Assembly: GCA_965203295.1 (NCBI GenBank)
Contig: CBDBCZ010000018.1
Location: 1,984,001 to 2,048,000 of the forward strand
Direction: 5' to 3'
DNA from: Nitrospirales bacterium
GTDB taxonomy: Bacteria; Nitrospirota; Nitrospiria; Nitrospirales; UBA8639
DNA length: 64,000 bases
Each line of letters starts with the position of its first letter. Position 1 is the stretch's first letter. The notes beneath the pieces are model-generated. The model saw nothing but the letters and a program-made list of their open reading frames with translations, did not search any database and was not told the origin of the DNA. Shown one piece after another: positions 50,701 to 64,000 of the stretch. A program made the position numbers and the translations under genes.

Positions 50701-53700
50701 TGATACTTACTAAGCATGTATTGTAACTGACTAATATCATTCAAACAAAACAAGCCTTTGAATAACCAGCTCTTTTTCTAAATAGTTCGTAAAGGTCAGA
50801 TCAATGGTAGCTAGTAACTTTGGCTTAATTAAAGTCATTGCAAAAGACCAACAAAACTAACAATTTTCAATAAAATCCTTCTTTCCTAATCTTCAGGCTA
50901 ACATCAACAAAACTAAACAGGCCTTTGAATAACCAGTTCTTTTTCTAAACAGTTGGGAAGGGTCAGATAAATGGTAGCTAGTTACTTTGGCTTAAAGTCT
51001 TTGCTAGAGACCAACAAAACTAACAATTTTCAATAAAATTCTTCTTTCCTAATCTTCAGACTAACATCAACCAAACTAAACAAGCCTTTGAATAACCAGT
51101 TCCTTTCTTGAACATTGATACTTCCTAAGCATGTATTGTAACCGACTAACATCATTAAAACTAATCAAGCCTTTGAATAACTAGTTCTTTTCCTAAACAG
51201 TTGGGAAGGGTCAGATCAATGGTAGCTAGTTACTTTGGCTCAAAGTCTTTGCTAGAGACCAACAAAACTAACGATTTTCAATAAAATCCTTCTTTCCTAA
51301 TCTTCAGACTAACATCAACCAAACTAAACAAGCCTTTGAATAAACAGTTCCTTTCTTGAACATCGATACTTCTTAAGCGTGTATTGTATCTGACCAAACT
51401 AAACAAGCCTTTGAATAACCAGTTCTTTCCAAAACAGTTGGAAAGAATCAGATCAATGGTAGCCAGTAACATTGGCTGAAAGTCTTTGCCTGAGACCAAC
51501 AAAACTAACAATTTTCAATAAAATCCTTCTTTTCTAAACTTCAGGCTAACATCAATAAAACTAAACAGGCCTTTGAATAACTAGCTCTTTTTCTAAACAG
51601 TTGGGATGGGTCAGATAAATGGTAGCAAGTTACTTTGGCTTAAAGTCTTTGCTAGAGACCAACAAAACTAACAATTTTCAATAAAATCCTTCTTTCCTAA
51701 TCTTCAGACTAACATTAACCAAACTAAACAAGCTTTTGAATAACCAGTTCCTTTCTTGAACATTGATACTTCCTAAGCATGTATTGTATCTGACTAATAT
51801 CATTCAAACAAAACAAGCCTTTGAATAACCAGCACTTTTTCTAAATAGTTCGGAAAGGTCAGATCAATGGTAGCAAGTAACTTTGGCTTAATTAAAGTCA
51901 TTGCAAGAGACCAACAAAACTAACAATTTTCAATAAAATCCTTCTTTCCTAATCTTCAGGCTAACATCAACAAAACTAAACAGGCCTTTGAATAACCAGT
52001 TCTTTTTCTAAACAGTTGGGAAGGGTCAGATAAATGGTAGCTAGTTACTTTGGCTTAAAGTTTTTGCTAGAGACCAACAAAACTAACAATTTTCAATAAA
52101 ATCCTTCTTTCCTAATCTTCAGACTAACATCAACCAAACTAAACAAGCCTTTGAATAACCAGTTCCTTTCTTGAACATTGATACTTCCTAAGCATGTATT
52201 GTATCCGACTAATATCATTCAACCAAAAAAAGCCTTTGAATAACCAGTTCTTTTTCTAAACAGTTAGGAAGGGTCAAATAAATGGTAGCTAGTTACTTTG
52301 GCTTAAAGTCTTTGCCAGAGACAAAAAAACTAACAATTTTAAATAAAATCCTTCTTTACTAATCTTCAGACTAACATCAACCAAACTAAACAAGCCTTAG
52401 AATAACCAGCTCCTTTTTTTGAACATCGATACTTCCTAAACATGTATTGTAACCGACTAACATCATTAAAACTAATCAAGCCTTTGAATAACCAGTTCTT
52501 TTCCTAAACAGTTGGGAAGGGTCAGATCAATAATAGCTAGTTACTCTGGCTCAAAGTCTTTGCTAGAAACCAACAAAACTAACGATTTTCAATAAAATCC
52601 TTCTTTCCTAATCTTCAGACTAACATCAACCAAACTAAACAAGCCTTTGAATAAACAGTTCCTTTCTTGAACATCGATACTTCCTAAGCGTGTATTGTAT
52701 CTGACCAAACTAAACAAGCCTTTGAATAACCAGTTCTTTTCCAAAACAGTTGGAAAGGGTCAGATCAATGGTAGCCAGTTACATTGGCTGAAAGTCTTTG
52801 CCTGAGACCAACAAAACTAACAATTTTCAATAAAATCCTTCTTTCCTAATCTTCAGGCTAACATCAACAAAACTAAACAGGCCTTTGAATAACTAGCTCT
52901 TTTTCTAAACAGTTGGGATGGGTCAGATAAATGGTAGCAAGTTACTTTGGCTTAAAGTCTTTGCTAGAGACCAACAAAACTAACAATTTTCAATAAAATC
53001 CTTCTTTCCTAATCTTCAGACTAACATCAACCAAACTAAACAAGCCTTTGAATAACCAGTTCCTTTTTTGAACATCGACACTTCCTAAACATGTATTGTG
53101 TCCGACTAACATCATTAAAACTAATCAAGCCTTTGAATAACCAGTTCTTTTCCTAAACAGTTGGGAAGGGTCAGATCAATGGTAGCCAGTTACTTTGGCT
53201 GAAAGTCTTTGCCTGAGACCAACAAAACTAACAATTTTCAATAAAATCCTTCTTTCCTAATCTTCAGACTAACATGATTCAAACTAAACAAGCCTTTGAA
53301 TAGCCAGTTCTTTTCCTAAACAGTTAGGAAGGATCAGATCAATGGTAGTTAGTTACTTTTGCTGAAAGTCTTTGCCTGAGACCAACAAAACTAACAATAT
53401 TAAATAAAATCCTTCTTTCCTAATCTTCAGACAAACATCAACCAAACTAAACAAGGCTTTGAATAACCAGTTCCTTTCTTGAATATTGATACTTCCTAAG
53501 CATGTATTGTATCTGACTAATATCATTCAAACAAAACAAGCCTTTGAATAACCAGCTCTTTTTCTAAACAATTGGGAAGGGTCAGATAAATGGTAGCAAG
53601 TTACTTTGGCTTAAAGTCTTTGCTGGAGACCAACAAAACTAACAATTTTTAATAAAATCCTCCTTTCCTTATCTTCAGACTAACATCAACCAAAGTAAAC

Positions 53701-56700
53701 AAGCCTTTGAATAACCAGTTCCTTTCTTGAACATTGATACTTACTAAGCATGTATTGTAACTGACTAATATCATTCAAACAAAACAAGCCTTTGAATAAC
53801 CAGCTCTTTTTCTAAATAGTTCGTAAAGGTCAGATCAATGGTAGCTAGTAACTTTGGCTTAATTAAAGTCATTGCAAGAGACCAACAAAACTAACAATTT
53901 TCAATAAAATCCTTCTTTCCTAATCTTCAGGCTAACATCAACAAAACTAAACAGGCCTTTGAATAACCAGTTCTTTTTCTAAACAGTTGGGAAGGGTCAG
54001 ATAAATGGTAGCTAGTTACTTTGGCTTAAAGTCTTTGCTAGAGACCAACAAAACTAACAATTTTCAATAAAATTCTTCTTTCCTAATCTTCAGACTAACA
54101 TCAACCGAACTAAACAAGCCTTTGAATAACCAGTTCCTTTCTTGAACATTGATACTTCCTAAGCATGTATTGTAACCGACTAACATCATTAAAACTAATC
54201 AAGCCTTTGAATAACTAGTTCTTTTCCTAAACAGTTGGGAAGGGTCAGATCAATGGTAGCTAGTTACTTTGGCTCAAAGTCTTTGCTAGAGACCAACAAA
54301 ACTAACGATTTTCAATAAAATCCTTCTTTCCTAATCTTCAGACTAACATCAACCAAACTAAACAAGCCTTTGAATAAACAGTTCCTTTCTTGAACATCGA
54401 TACTTCTTAAGCGTGTATTGTATCTGACCAAACTAAACAAGCCTTTGAATAACCAGTTCTTTCCAAAACAGTTGGAAAGAATCAGATCAATGGTAGCCAG
54501 TAACATTGGCTGAAAGTCTTTGCCTGAGACCAACAAAACTAACAATTTTCAATAAAATCCTTCTTTTCTAAACTTCAGGCTAACATCAATAAAACTAAAC
54601 AGGCCTTTGAATAACTAGCTCTTTTTCTAAACAGTTGGGATGGGTCAGATAAATGGTAGCAAGTTACTTTGGCTTAAAGTCTTTGCTAGAGACCAACAAA
54701 ACTAACAATTTTCAATAAAATCCTTCTTTCCTAATCTTCAGACTAACATTAACCAAACTAAACAAGCTTTTGAATAACCAGTTCCTTTCTTGAACATTGA
54801 TACTTCCTAAGCATGTATTGTATCTGACTAATATCATTCAAACAAAACAAGCCTTTGAATAACCAGCACTTTTTCTAAATAGTTCGGAAAGGTCAGATCA
54901 ATGGTAGCAAGTAACTTTGGCTTAATTAAAGTCATTGCAAGAGACCAACAAAACTAACAATTTTCAATAAAATCCTTCTTTCCTAATCTTCAGGCTAACA
55001 TCAACAAAACTAAACAGGCCTTTGAATAACCAGTTCTTTTTCTAAACAGTTGGGAAGGGTCAGATAAATGGTAGCTAGTTACTTTGGCTTAAAGTTTTTG
55101 CTAGAGACCAACAAAACTAACAATTTTCAATAAAATCCTTCTTTCCTAATCTTCAGACTAACATCAACCAAACTAAACAAGCCTTTGAATAACCAGTTCC
55201 TTTCTTGAACATTGATACTTCCTAAGCATGTATTGTATCCGACTAATATCATTCAACCAAAAAAAGCCTTTGAATAACCAGTTCTTTTTCTAAACAGTTA
55301 GGAAGGGTCAAATAAATGGTAGCTAGTTACTTTGGCTTAAAGTCTTTGCCAGAGACAAAAAAACTAACAATTTTAAATAAAATCCTTCTTTACTAATCTT
55401 CAGACTAACATCAACCAAACTAAACAAGCCTTAGAATAACCAGCTCCTTTTTTTGAACATCGATACTTCCTAAACATGTATTGTAACCGTCAGACTAACA
55501 TGATTCAAACTGAACAAGCCTTTGAATAACCAGTTCTTTTCCTAAACAGTTAGGAAGGATCAGATCAATGGTAGTTAGTTACTTTTGCTGAAAGTCTTTG
55601 CCTGAGACCAACAAAACTAACAATTTTAAATAAAATCCTTCTTTCCTAATCTTCAGACAAACATCAACCAAACTAAACAAGGCTTTGAATAACCAGTTCC
55701 TTTCTTGAATATTGATACTTCCTAAGCATGTATTGTATCTGACTAATATCATTCAAACAAAACAAGCCTTTGAATAACCAGCTCTTTTTCTAAACAATTG
55801 GGAAGGGTCAGATAAATGGTAGCAAGTTACTTTGGCTTAAAGTCTTTGCTGGAGACCAACAAAACTAACAATTTTTAATAAAATCCTCCTTTCCTTATCT
55901 TCAGACTAACATCAACCAAAGTAAACAAGCCTTTGAATAACCAGTTCCTTTCTTGAACATTGATACTTACTAAGCATGTATTGTAACTGACTAATATCAT
56001 TCAAACAAAACAAGCCTTTGAATAACCAGCTCTTTTTCTAAATAGTTCGTAAAGGTCAGATCAATGGTAGCTAGTAACTTTGGCTTAATTAAAGTCATTG
56101 CAAAAGACCAACAAAACTAACAATTTTCAATAAAATCCTTCTTTCCTAATCTTCAGGCTAACATCAACAAAACTAAACAGGCCTTTGAATAACCAGTTCT
56201 TTTTCTAAACAGTTGGGAAGGGTCAGATAAATGGTAGCTAGTTACTTTGGCTTAAAGTCTTTGCTAGAGACCAACAAAACTAACAATTTTCAATAAAATT
56301 CTTCTTTCCTAATCTTCAGACTAACATCAACCAAACTAAACAAGCCTTTGAATAACCAGTTCCTTTCTTGAACATTGATACTTCCTAAGCATGTATTGTA
56401 ACCGACTAACATCATTAAAACTAATCAAGCCTTTGAATAACTAGTTCTTTTCCTAAACAGTTGGGAAGGGTCAGATCAATGGTAGCTAGTTACTTTGGCT
56501 CAAAGTCTTTGCTAGAGACCAACAAAACTAACGATTTTCAATAAAATCCTTCTTTCCTAATCTTCAGACTAACATCAACCAAACTAAACAAGCCTTTGAA
56601 TAAACAGTTCCTTTCTTGAACATCGATACTTCTTAAGCGTGTATTGTATCTGACCAAACTAAACAAGCCTTTGAATAACCAGTTCTTTCCAAAACAGTTG

Positions 56701-59700
56701 GAAAGAATCAGATCAATGGTAGCCAGTAACATTGGCTGAAAGTCTTTGCCTGAGACCAACAAAACTAACAATTTTCAATAAAATCCTTCTTTTCTAAACT
56801 TCAGGCTAACATCAATAAAACTAAACAGGCCTTTGAATAACTAGCTCTTTTTCTAAACAGTTGGGATGGGTCAGATAAATGGTAGCAAGTTACTTTGGCT
56901 TAAAGTCTTTGCTAGAGACCAACAAAACTAACAATTTTCAATAAAATCCTTCTTTCCTAATCTTCAGACTAACATTAACCAAACTAAACAAGCTTTTGAA
57001 TAACCAGTTCCTTTCTTGAACATTGATACTTCCTAAGCATGTATTGTATCTGACTAATATCATTCAAACAAAACAAGCCTTTGAATAACCAGCACTTTTT
57101 CTAAATAGTTCGGAAAGGTCAGATCAATGGTAGCAAGTAACTTTGGCTTAATTAAAGTCATTGCAAGAGACCAACAAAACTAACAATTTTCAATAAAATC
57201 CTTCTTTCCTAATCTTCAGGCTAACATCAACAAAACTAAACAGGCCTTTGAATAACCAGTTCTTTTTCTAAACAGTTGGGAAGGGTCAGATAAATGGTAG
57301 CTAGTTACTTTGGCTTAAAGTTTTTGCTAGAGACCAACAAAACTAACAATTTTCAATAAAATCCTTCTTTCCTAATCTTCAGACTAACATCAACCAAACT
57401 AAACAAGCCTTTGAATAACCAGTTCCTTTCTTGAACATTGATACTTCCTAAGCATGTATTGTATCCGACTAATATCATTCAACCAAAAAAAGCCTTTGAA
57501 TAACCAGTTCTTTTTCTAAACAGTTAGGAAGGGTCAAATAAATGGTAGCTAGTTACTTTGGCTTAAAGTCTTTGCCAGAGACAAAAAAACTAACAATTTT
57601 AAATAAAATCCTTCTTTACTAATCTTCAGACTAACATCAACCAAACTAAACAAGCCTTAGAATAACCAGCTCCTTTTTTTGAACATCGATACTTCCTAAA
57701 CATGTATTGTAACCGACTAACATCATTAAAACTAATCAAGCCTTTGAATAACCAGTTCTTTTCCTAAACAGTTGGGAAGGGTCAGATCAATAATAGCTAG
57801 TTACTCTGGCTCAAAGTCTTTGCTAGAAACCAACAAAACTAACGATTTTCAATAAAATCCTTCTTTCCTAATCTTCAGACTAACATCAACCAAACTAAAC
57901 AAGCCTTTGAATAAACAGTTCCTTTCTTGAACATCGATACTTCCTAAGCGTGTATTGTATCTGACCAAACTAAACAAGCCTTTGAATAACCAGTTCTTTT
58001 CCAAAACAGTTGGAAAGGGTCAGATCAATGGTAGCCAGTTACATTGGCTGAAAGTCTTTGCCTGAGACCAACAAAACTAACAATTTTCAATAAAATCCTT
58101 CTTTCCTAATCTTCAGGCTAACATCAACAAAACTAAACAGGCCTTTGAATAACTAGCTCTTTTTCTAAACAGTTGGGATGGGTCAGATAAATGGTAGCAA
58201 GTTACTTTGGCTTAAAGTCTTTGCTAGAGACCAACAAAACTAACAATTTTCAATAAAATCCTTCTTTCCTAATCTTCAGACTAACATCAACCAAACTAAA
58301 CAAGCCTTTGAATAACCAGTTCCTTTTTTGAACATCGACACTTCCTAAACATGTATTGTGTCCGACTAACATCATTAAAACTAATCAAGCCTTTGAATAA
58401 CCAGTTCTTTTCCTAAACAGTTGGGAAGGGTCAGATCAATGGTAGCCAGTTACTTTGGCTGAAAGTCTTTGCCTGAGACCAACAAAACTAACAATTTTCA
58501 ATAAAATCCTTCTTTCCTAATCTTCAGACTAACATGATTCAAACTAAACAAGCCTTTGAATAGCCAGTTCTTTTCCTAAACAGTTAGGAAGGATCAGATC
58601 AATGGTAGTTAGTTACTTTTGCTGAAAGTCTTTGCCTGAGACCAACAAAACTAACAATATTAAATAAAATCCTTCTTTCCTAATCTTCAGACAAACATCA
58701 ACCAAACTAAACAAGGCTTTGAATAACCAGTTCCTTTCTTGAATATTGATACTTCCTAAGCATGTATTGTATCTGACTAATATCATTCAAACAAAACAAG
58801 CCTTTGAATAACCAGCTCTTTTTCTAAACAATTGGGAAGGGTCAGATAAATGGTAGCAAGTTACTTTGGCTTAAAGTCTTTGCTGGAGACCAACAAAACT
58901 AACAATTTTTAATAAAATCCTCCTTTCCTTATCTTCAGACTAACATCAACCAAAGTAAACAAGCCTTTGAATAACCAGTTCCTTTCTTGAACATTGATAC
59001 TTACTAAGCATGTATTGTAACTGACTAATATCATTCAAACAAAACAAGCCTTTGAATAACCAGCTCTTTTTCTAAATAGTTCGTAAAGGTCAGATCAATG
59101 GTAGCTAGTAACTTTGGCTTAATTAAAGTCATTGCAAGAGACCAACAAAACTAACAATTTTCAATAAAATCCTTCTTTCCTAATCTTCAGGCTAACATCA
59201 ACAAAACTAAACAGGCCTTTGAATAACCAGTTCTTTTTCTAAACAGTTGGGAAGGGTCAGATAAATGGTAGCTAGTTACTTTGGCTTAAAGTCTTTGCTA
59301 GAGACCAACAAAACTAACAATTTTCAATAAAATTCTTCTTTCCTAATCTTCAGACTAACATCAACCGAACTAAACAAGCCTTTGAATAACCAGTTCATTT
59401 CTTGAACATTGATACTTCCTAAGCATGTATTGTAACCGACTAACATCATTAAAACTAATCAAGCCTTTGAATAACTAGTTCTTTTCCTAAACAGTTGGGA
59501 AGGGTCAGATCAATGGTAGCTAGTTACTTTGGCTCAAAGTCTTTGCTAGAGACCAACAAAACTAACGATTTTCAATAAAATCCTTCTTTCCTAATCTTCA
59601 GACTAACATCAACCAAACTAAACAAGCCTTTGAATAAACAGTTCCTTTCTTGAACATCGATACTTCTTAAGCGTGTATTGTATCTGACCAAACTAAACAA

Positions 59701-62613
59701 GCCTTTGAATAACCAGTTCTTTCCAAAACAGTTGGAAAGAATCAGATCAATGGTAGCCAGTAACATTGGCTGAAAGTCTTTGCCTGAGACCAACAAAACT
59801 AACAATTTTCAATAAAATCCTTCTTTTCTAAACTTCAGGCTAACATCAATAAAACTAAACAGGCCTTTGAATAACTAGCTCTTTTTCTAAACAGTTGGGA
59901 TGGGTCAGATAAATGGTAGCAAGTTACTTTGGCTTAAAGTCTTTGCTAGAGACCAACAAAACTAACAATTTTCAATAAAATCCTTCTTTCCTAATCTTCA
60001 GACTAACATTAACCAAACTAAACAAGCTTTTGAATAACCAGTTCCTTTCTTGAACATTGATACTTCCTAAGCATGTATTGTATCTGACTAATATCATTCA
60101 AACAAAACAAGCCTTTGAATAACCAGCACTTTTTCTAAATAGTTCGGAAAGGTCAGATCAATGGTAGCAAGTAACTTTGGCTTAATTAAAGTCATTGCAA
60201 GAGACCAACAAAACTAACAATTTTCAATAAAATCCTTCTTTCCTAATCTTCAGGCTAACATCAACAAAACTAAACAGGCCTTTGAATAACCAGTTCTTTT
60301 TCTAAACAGTTGGGAAGGGTCAGATAAATGGTAGCTAGTTACTTTGGCTTAAAGTTTTTGCTAGAGACCAACAAAACTAACAATTTTCAATAAAATCCTT
60401 CTTTCCTAATCTTCAGACTAACATCAACCAAACTAAACAAGCCTTTGAATAACCAGTTCCTTTCTTGAACATTGATACTTCCTAAGCATGTATTGTATCC
60501 GACTAATATCATTCAACCAAAAAAAGCCTTTGAATAACCAGTTCTTTTTCTAAACAGTTAGGAAGGGTCAAATAAATGGTAGCTAGTTACTTTGGCTTAA
60601 AGTCTTTGCCAGAGACAAAAAAACTAACAATTTTAAATAAAATCCTTCTTTACTAATCTTCAGACTAACATCAACCAAACTAAACAAGCCTTAGAATAAC
60701 CAGCTCCTTTTTTTGAACATCGATACTTCCTAAACATGTATTGTAACCGACTAACATCATTAAAACTAATCAAGCCTTTGAATAACCAGTTCTTTTCCTA
60801 AACAGTTGGGAAGGGTCAGATCAATAATAGCTAGTTACTCTGGCTCAAAGTCTTTGCTAGAAACCAACAAAACTAACGATTTTCAATAAAATCCTTCTTT
60901 CCTAATCTTCAGACTAACATCAACCAAACTAAACAAGCCTTTGAATAAACAGTTCCTTTCTTGAACATCGATACTTCCTAAGCGTGTATTGTATCTGACC
61001 AAACTAAACAAGCCTTTGAATAACCAGTTCTTTTCCAAAACAGTTGGAAAGGGTCAGATCAATGGTAGCCAGTTACATTGGCTGAAAGTCTTTGCCTGAG
61101 ACCAACAAAACTAACAATTTTTAATAAAATCCTTCTTTCCTAATCTTCAGGCTAACATCAACAAAACTAAACAGGCCTTTGAATAACTAGCTCTTTTTCT
61201 AAACAGTTGGGATGGGTCAGATAAATGGTAGCAAGTTACTTTGGCTTAAAGTCTTTGCTAGAGACCAACAAAACTAACAATTTTCAATAAAATCCTTCTT
61301 TCCTAATCTTCAGACTAACATCAACCAAACTAAACAAGCCTTTGAATAACCAGTTCCTTTTTTGAACATCGACACTTCCTAAACATGTATTGTGTCCGAC
61401 TAACATCATTAAAACTAATCAAGCCTTTGAATAACCAGTTCTTTTCCTAAACAGTTGGAAAGGGTCAGATCAATGGTAGCCAGTTACTTTGGCTGAAAGT
61501 CTTTGCCTGAGACCAACAAAACTAACAATTTTTAATAAAATCCTTCTTTCCTAATCATCAGACTAACATCATTCAAACTAAACAAGCCTTTGAATACCAA
61601 GTTGTTTTCCTAAACAGTTGGGAAGGGTCAGATCAACGGTAGCTAGTTACTGTGGCTGAAAGTCTTTGCCTGAGACCAACAAAACTAACAATTTTAAATA
61701 AAATCCTTCTTTCCTAATCTTCAGACTAACATCAACCAAACTAAACAAGCCTTTGAATAACCAGTTCCATTCTTGAATATTGATACTTCCTAAGCATGTA
61801 TTGTATCTGACTAATATCATTCAAACAAAACAAGCCTTTGAATAACCAGCTCATTTTCTTAATAGTTCGGAAGGCTCAGATCAATGGTAGCTAGTAACTT
61901 TGGCTTAAAGTCTTTGCTAGAGACCAACAAAACTAACAATTTTCAATTAAATCCTTCTTTCCTAATCTTAAGGCTAACATCAAGCAAACTAATCAGGCCT
62001 TTGAATAACCAGTTCTTTTTCTAAACAGTTAGGAAGGGTCAGATAAATGGTAGCTAGTTACTTTGGCTTAAAGTTTTTGCTAGAGACCAACAAAACTAAC
62101 AATTTTCAATAAAATCTTTCTTTCCTAATCTTCAGACTAACATCATTCAAACTAAACAAGCCTTTGTATAACCAGTTCTTTTCCTAAACAGTTGGGAAGG
62201 GTCAGATCAATGGTAGCTAGTTACTTTGGCTTAAAGTCTTTGCTAGAGACCAACAAAACTAACAATTTTCAATAAAATCCTTCTTTCCTAATCTTCAGAC
62301 TAACATCAACCAAACTAAACAAGCCTTTGAATAACCAGTTCCTTTCTTGAACATTGATACTTCCTAAGCATGTATTGTATCCGACTAATATCATTCAACC
62401 AAAACAAGCCTTTGAATAACCAGTTCTTTTTCTAAACATTTAGGAAGGGTCAGATAAATGGTAGCTAGTTACTTTGGCTTAAAGTCTTTGCTAGAGACAA
62501 AAAAACTAACAATTTTAAATAAAATCCTTCTTTCCTAATCTTCAGACTAACATCAACCAAACTAAACAATCCTTTGAATAACCAGTTCCTTTCTTGAACA
62601 TTGATACTTCCTA
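44790..62613 (+). repeat. Satellite DNA array, right block, most homogeneous part
   Basis: Same family; contains the 3034-bp HOR and the 5260-bp duplication. Confidence 0.97.
50230..60749 (+). repeat. 5260-bp tandem duplication superimposed on a 3034-bp HOR
   Basis: An identical 77-aa spurious ORF occurs at 51278, 54312, 56538 and 59572 (offsets 3034, 2226, 3034). The junction TTGTAACCG|TCAGACTAACATG is at 55489/55490; 50231 pairs with 55491. Confidence 0.92.
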
Positions 62614-63088
62614 CACTGCAAAAACAAAAGGGTCACTTTTAATCCAACTGGGGGTATCTCAGTTGCAAGTTCACTACCAAAAAATGTGCATACAGGCAGA
62701 TCAATTACATTATTTGCCCAACATAATACCTTTATGGATCCTATAATTACCGGTAAGAAAATATGCACTTCAAAACCTAAAAGGTTGCTTTAAACCAGCT
62801 AGGGATACCTCAGTTGCAGTGTACATGTACAAAACAATGTAAACAAGTGGATCACTTTACCCCTCTATTTAGGCTCCAATTTCTAAAGGAAGGAAAGACC
62901 ATTAGCAAAACATATTTTGTACCAATCCATTTCTATCCCATGCATTTAAGAAAGCTGATCTAGCTTGGCTTTTGAGGAAAGTAATCTTATTGCACTGCAC
63001 ACGAGTAACTGAGCATTCTCTGGTATACCGGAGCTGCAACTGAGGTGACCTTATGTGGGTTAAAACCAACCACTTTATTTTTGCAGTG
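62614..63088. mobile_element. 475-bp non-autonomous DNA transposon with CACTGCAAAAA termini (CACTA/EnSpm-like MITE)
   Basis: Perfect 11-bp TIR extending as an imperfect ~55-bp TIR (shared CTCAGTTGCA). Left flank ..CTTCCTA and right flank AAGGCGTG carry 2 extra bases relative to the monomer, consistent with a 2-bp TA TSD with one substitution. Confidence 0.85.
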
Positions 63089-64000
63089 AAGGCGTGTATT
63101 GTATCTGACTAACATCATTCAAACTAAACAGGCCTTTGAATAACCAGCTCTTTTTCTAAACAGTTGGGAAGGGTCAGATCAATGGTAGCTAGTTACTTTG
63201 GCTCAAAGTCTTTCCTAGAGACCTACAAAACTAACGATTTTCTATAAAATACTTCTTTCCTAATCTGCAGACTAACATCAAGCAAACTAAACAAGCCTTT
63301 GAATAACCAGTTCCTTTCTTGAACATCGATACTTCCTAAGCATGTATTGTATCTGACTAATATCATTCAAACAAAACAAGCCTTTGAATAACCAGCTTTT
63401 TTTCTAAACAATTGGGAAGGGTCAGATAAATGGTAGCAAGTTACTTCGGTTTAAAGTCTTTGCTAGAGGCCAACAAAACAAACAATTTTCAAAAAAATCC
63501 TCCTTTCCTAATCTTCAGACTAACATCAACCAAACTAAACAAGCCTTTGAATAACCAGTTCCTTTCTTGAACATTGATACTTCCTAAGCATGTATTGTAT
63601 CTGACTAATATCATTCAAACTAAACAAGCCTTTGAATAACCAGCTCTTTTTCTAAACAGTTGGGAAGGGTCAGATCAATGGTAGCTAGTGACTTTGGCTT
63701 AAAGTCTTTGCTAGAGACCAATAAAACTAACAATTTTCAATAAAATCCTTCTTTCCTAATCTTCAGACTAACATCATTCAAACTAAAAAAGCCTTTGAAT
63801 AACAAGTTCTTTTCCTAAACAGTTAGGAAGGGTCAGATCAATGGTAGCTAGTTACTTTTGCTGAAAGTCTTTGCCTGAGACCAACAAAACTAACAATTTT
63901 CAATAAAATTCTTCTTTCCTAATCTTCAAACTAAACAATTTTCAATAAAATCCTTCTTTCCTAATCTTCACACTAACATCAACCAAACTAAACAAGCCTT
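63089..64000 (+). repeat. Satellite DNA array, continues to window end
   Basis: The monomer resumes in register after the MITE. Confidence 0.96.

Overview
Eukaryotic, AT-rich heterochromatin-like window. It is probably from a marine invertebrate; the style of the repeats and short introns suggests a sponge, but that is inference. About 75% is one satellite family built from ~75-90 bp modules (A, B, C) assembled as ~247-bp ABC and ~163-bp AC monomers, with local higher-order repeats (HORs) of ~1.81, 2.05, 3.03 and 5.26 kb. Three insertions interrupt it. (1) A 13.9-kb non-satellite island (8348-22282) sits almost in register in the monomer. It is a mosaic of orphan exons (TRAPPC13, PCMT1), LINE/SINE/pogo relics and 21-98 bp palindromic micro-MITEs with 9-bp TSDs, and it ends in a Helentron-like (GTCY)n junction. 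(2) An apparently intact 2.0-kb Crypton-type tyrosine-recombinase element (42788-44789) has no TSD, imperfect 13-bp inverted ends plus 5 extra bases resembling a coupling sequence, and a 151-bp hairpin capped by GCGAAGC. (3) A 475-bp CACT-ended MITE (62614-63088). The recombinase is the only credible intact CDS. All homology calls are from recall of the families, not from database searches.
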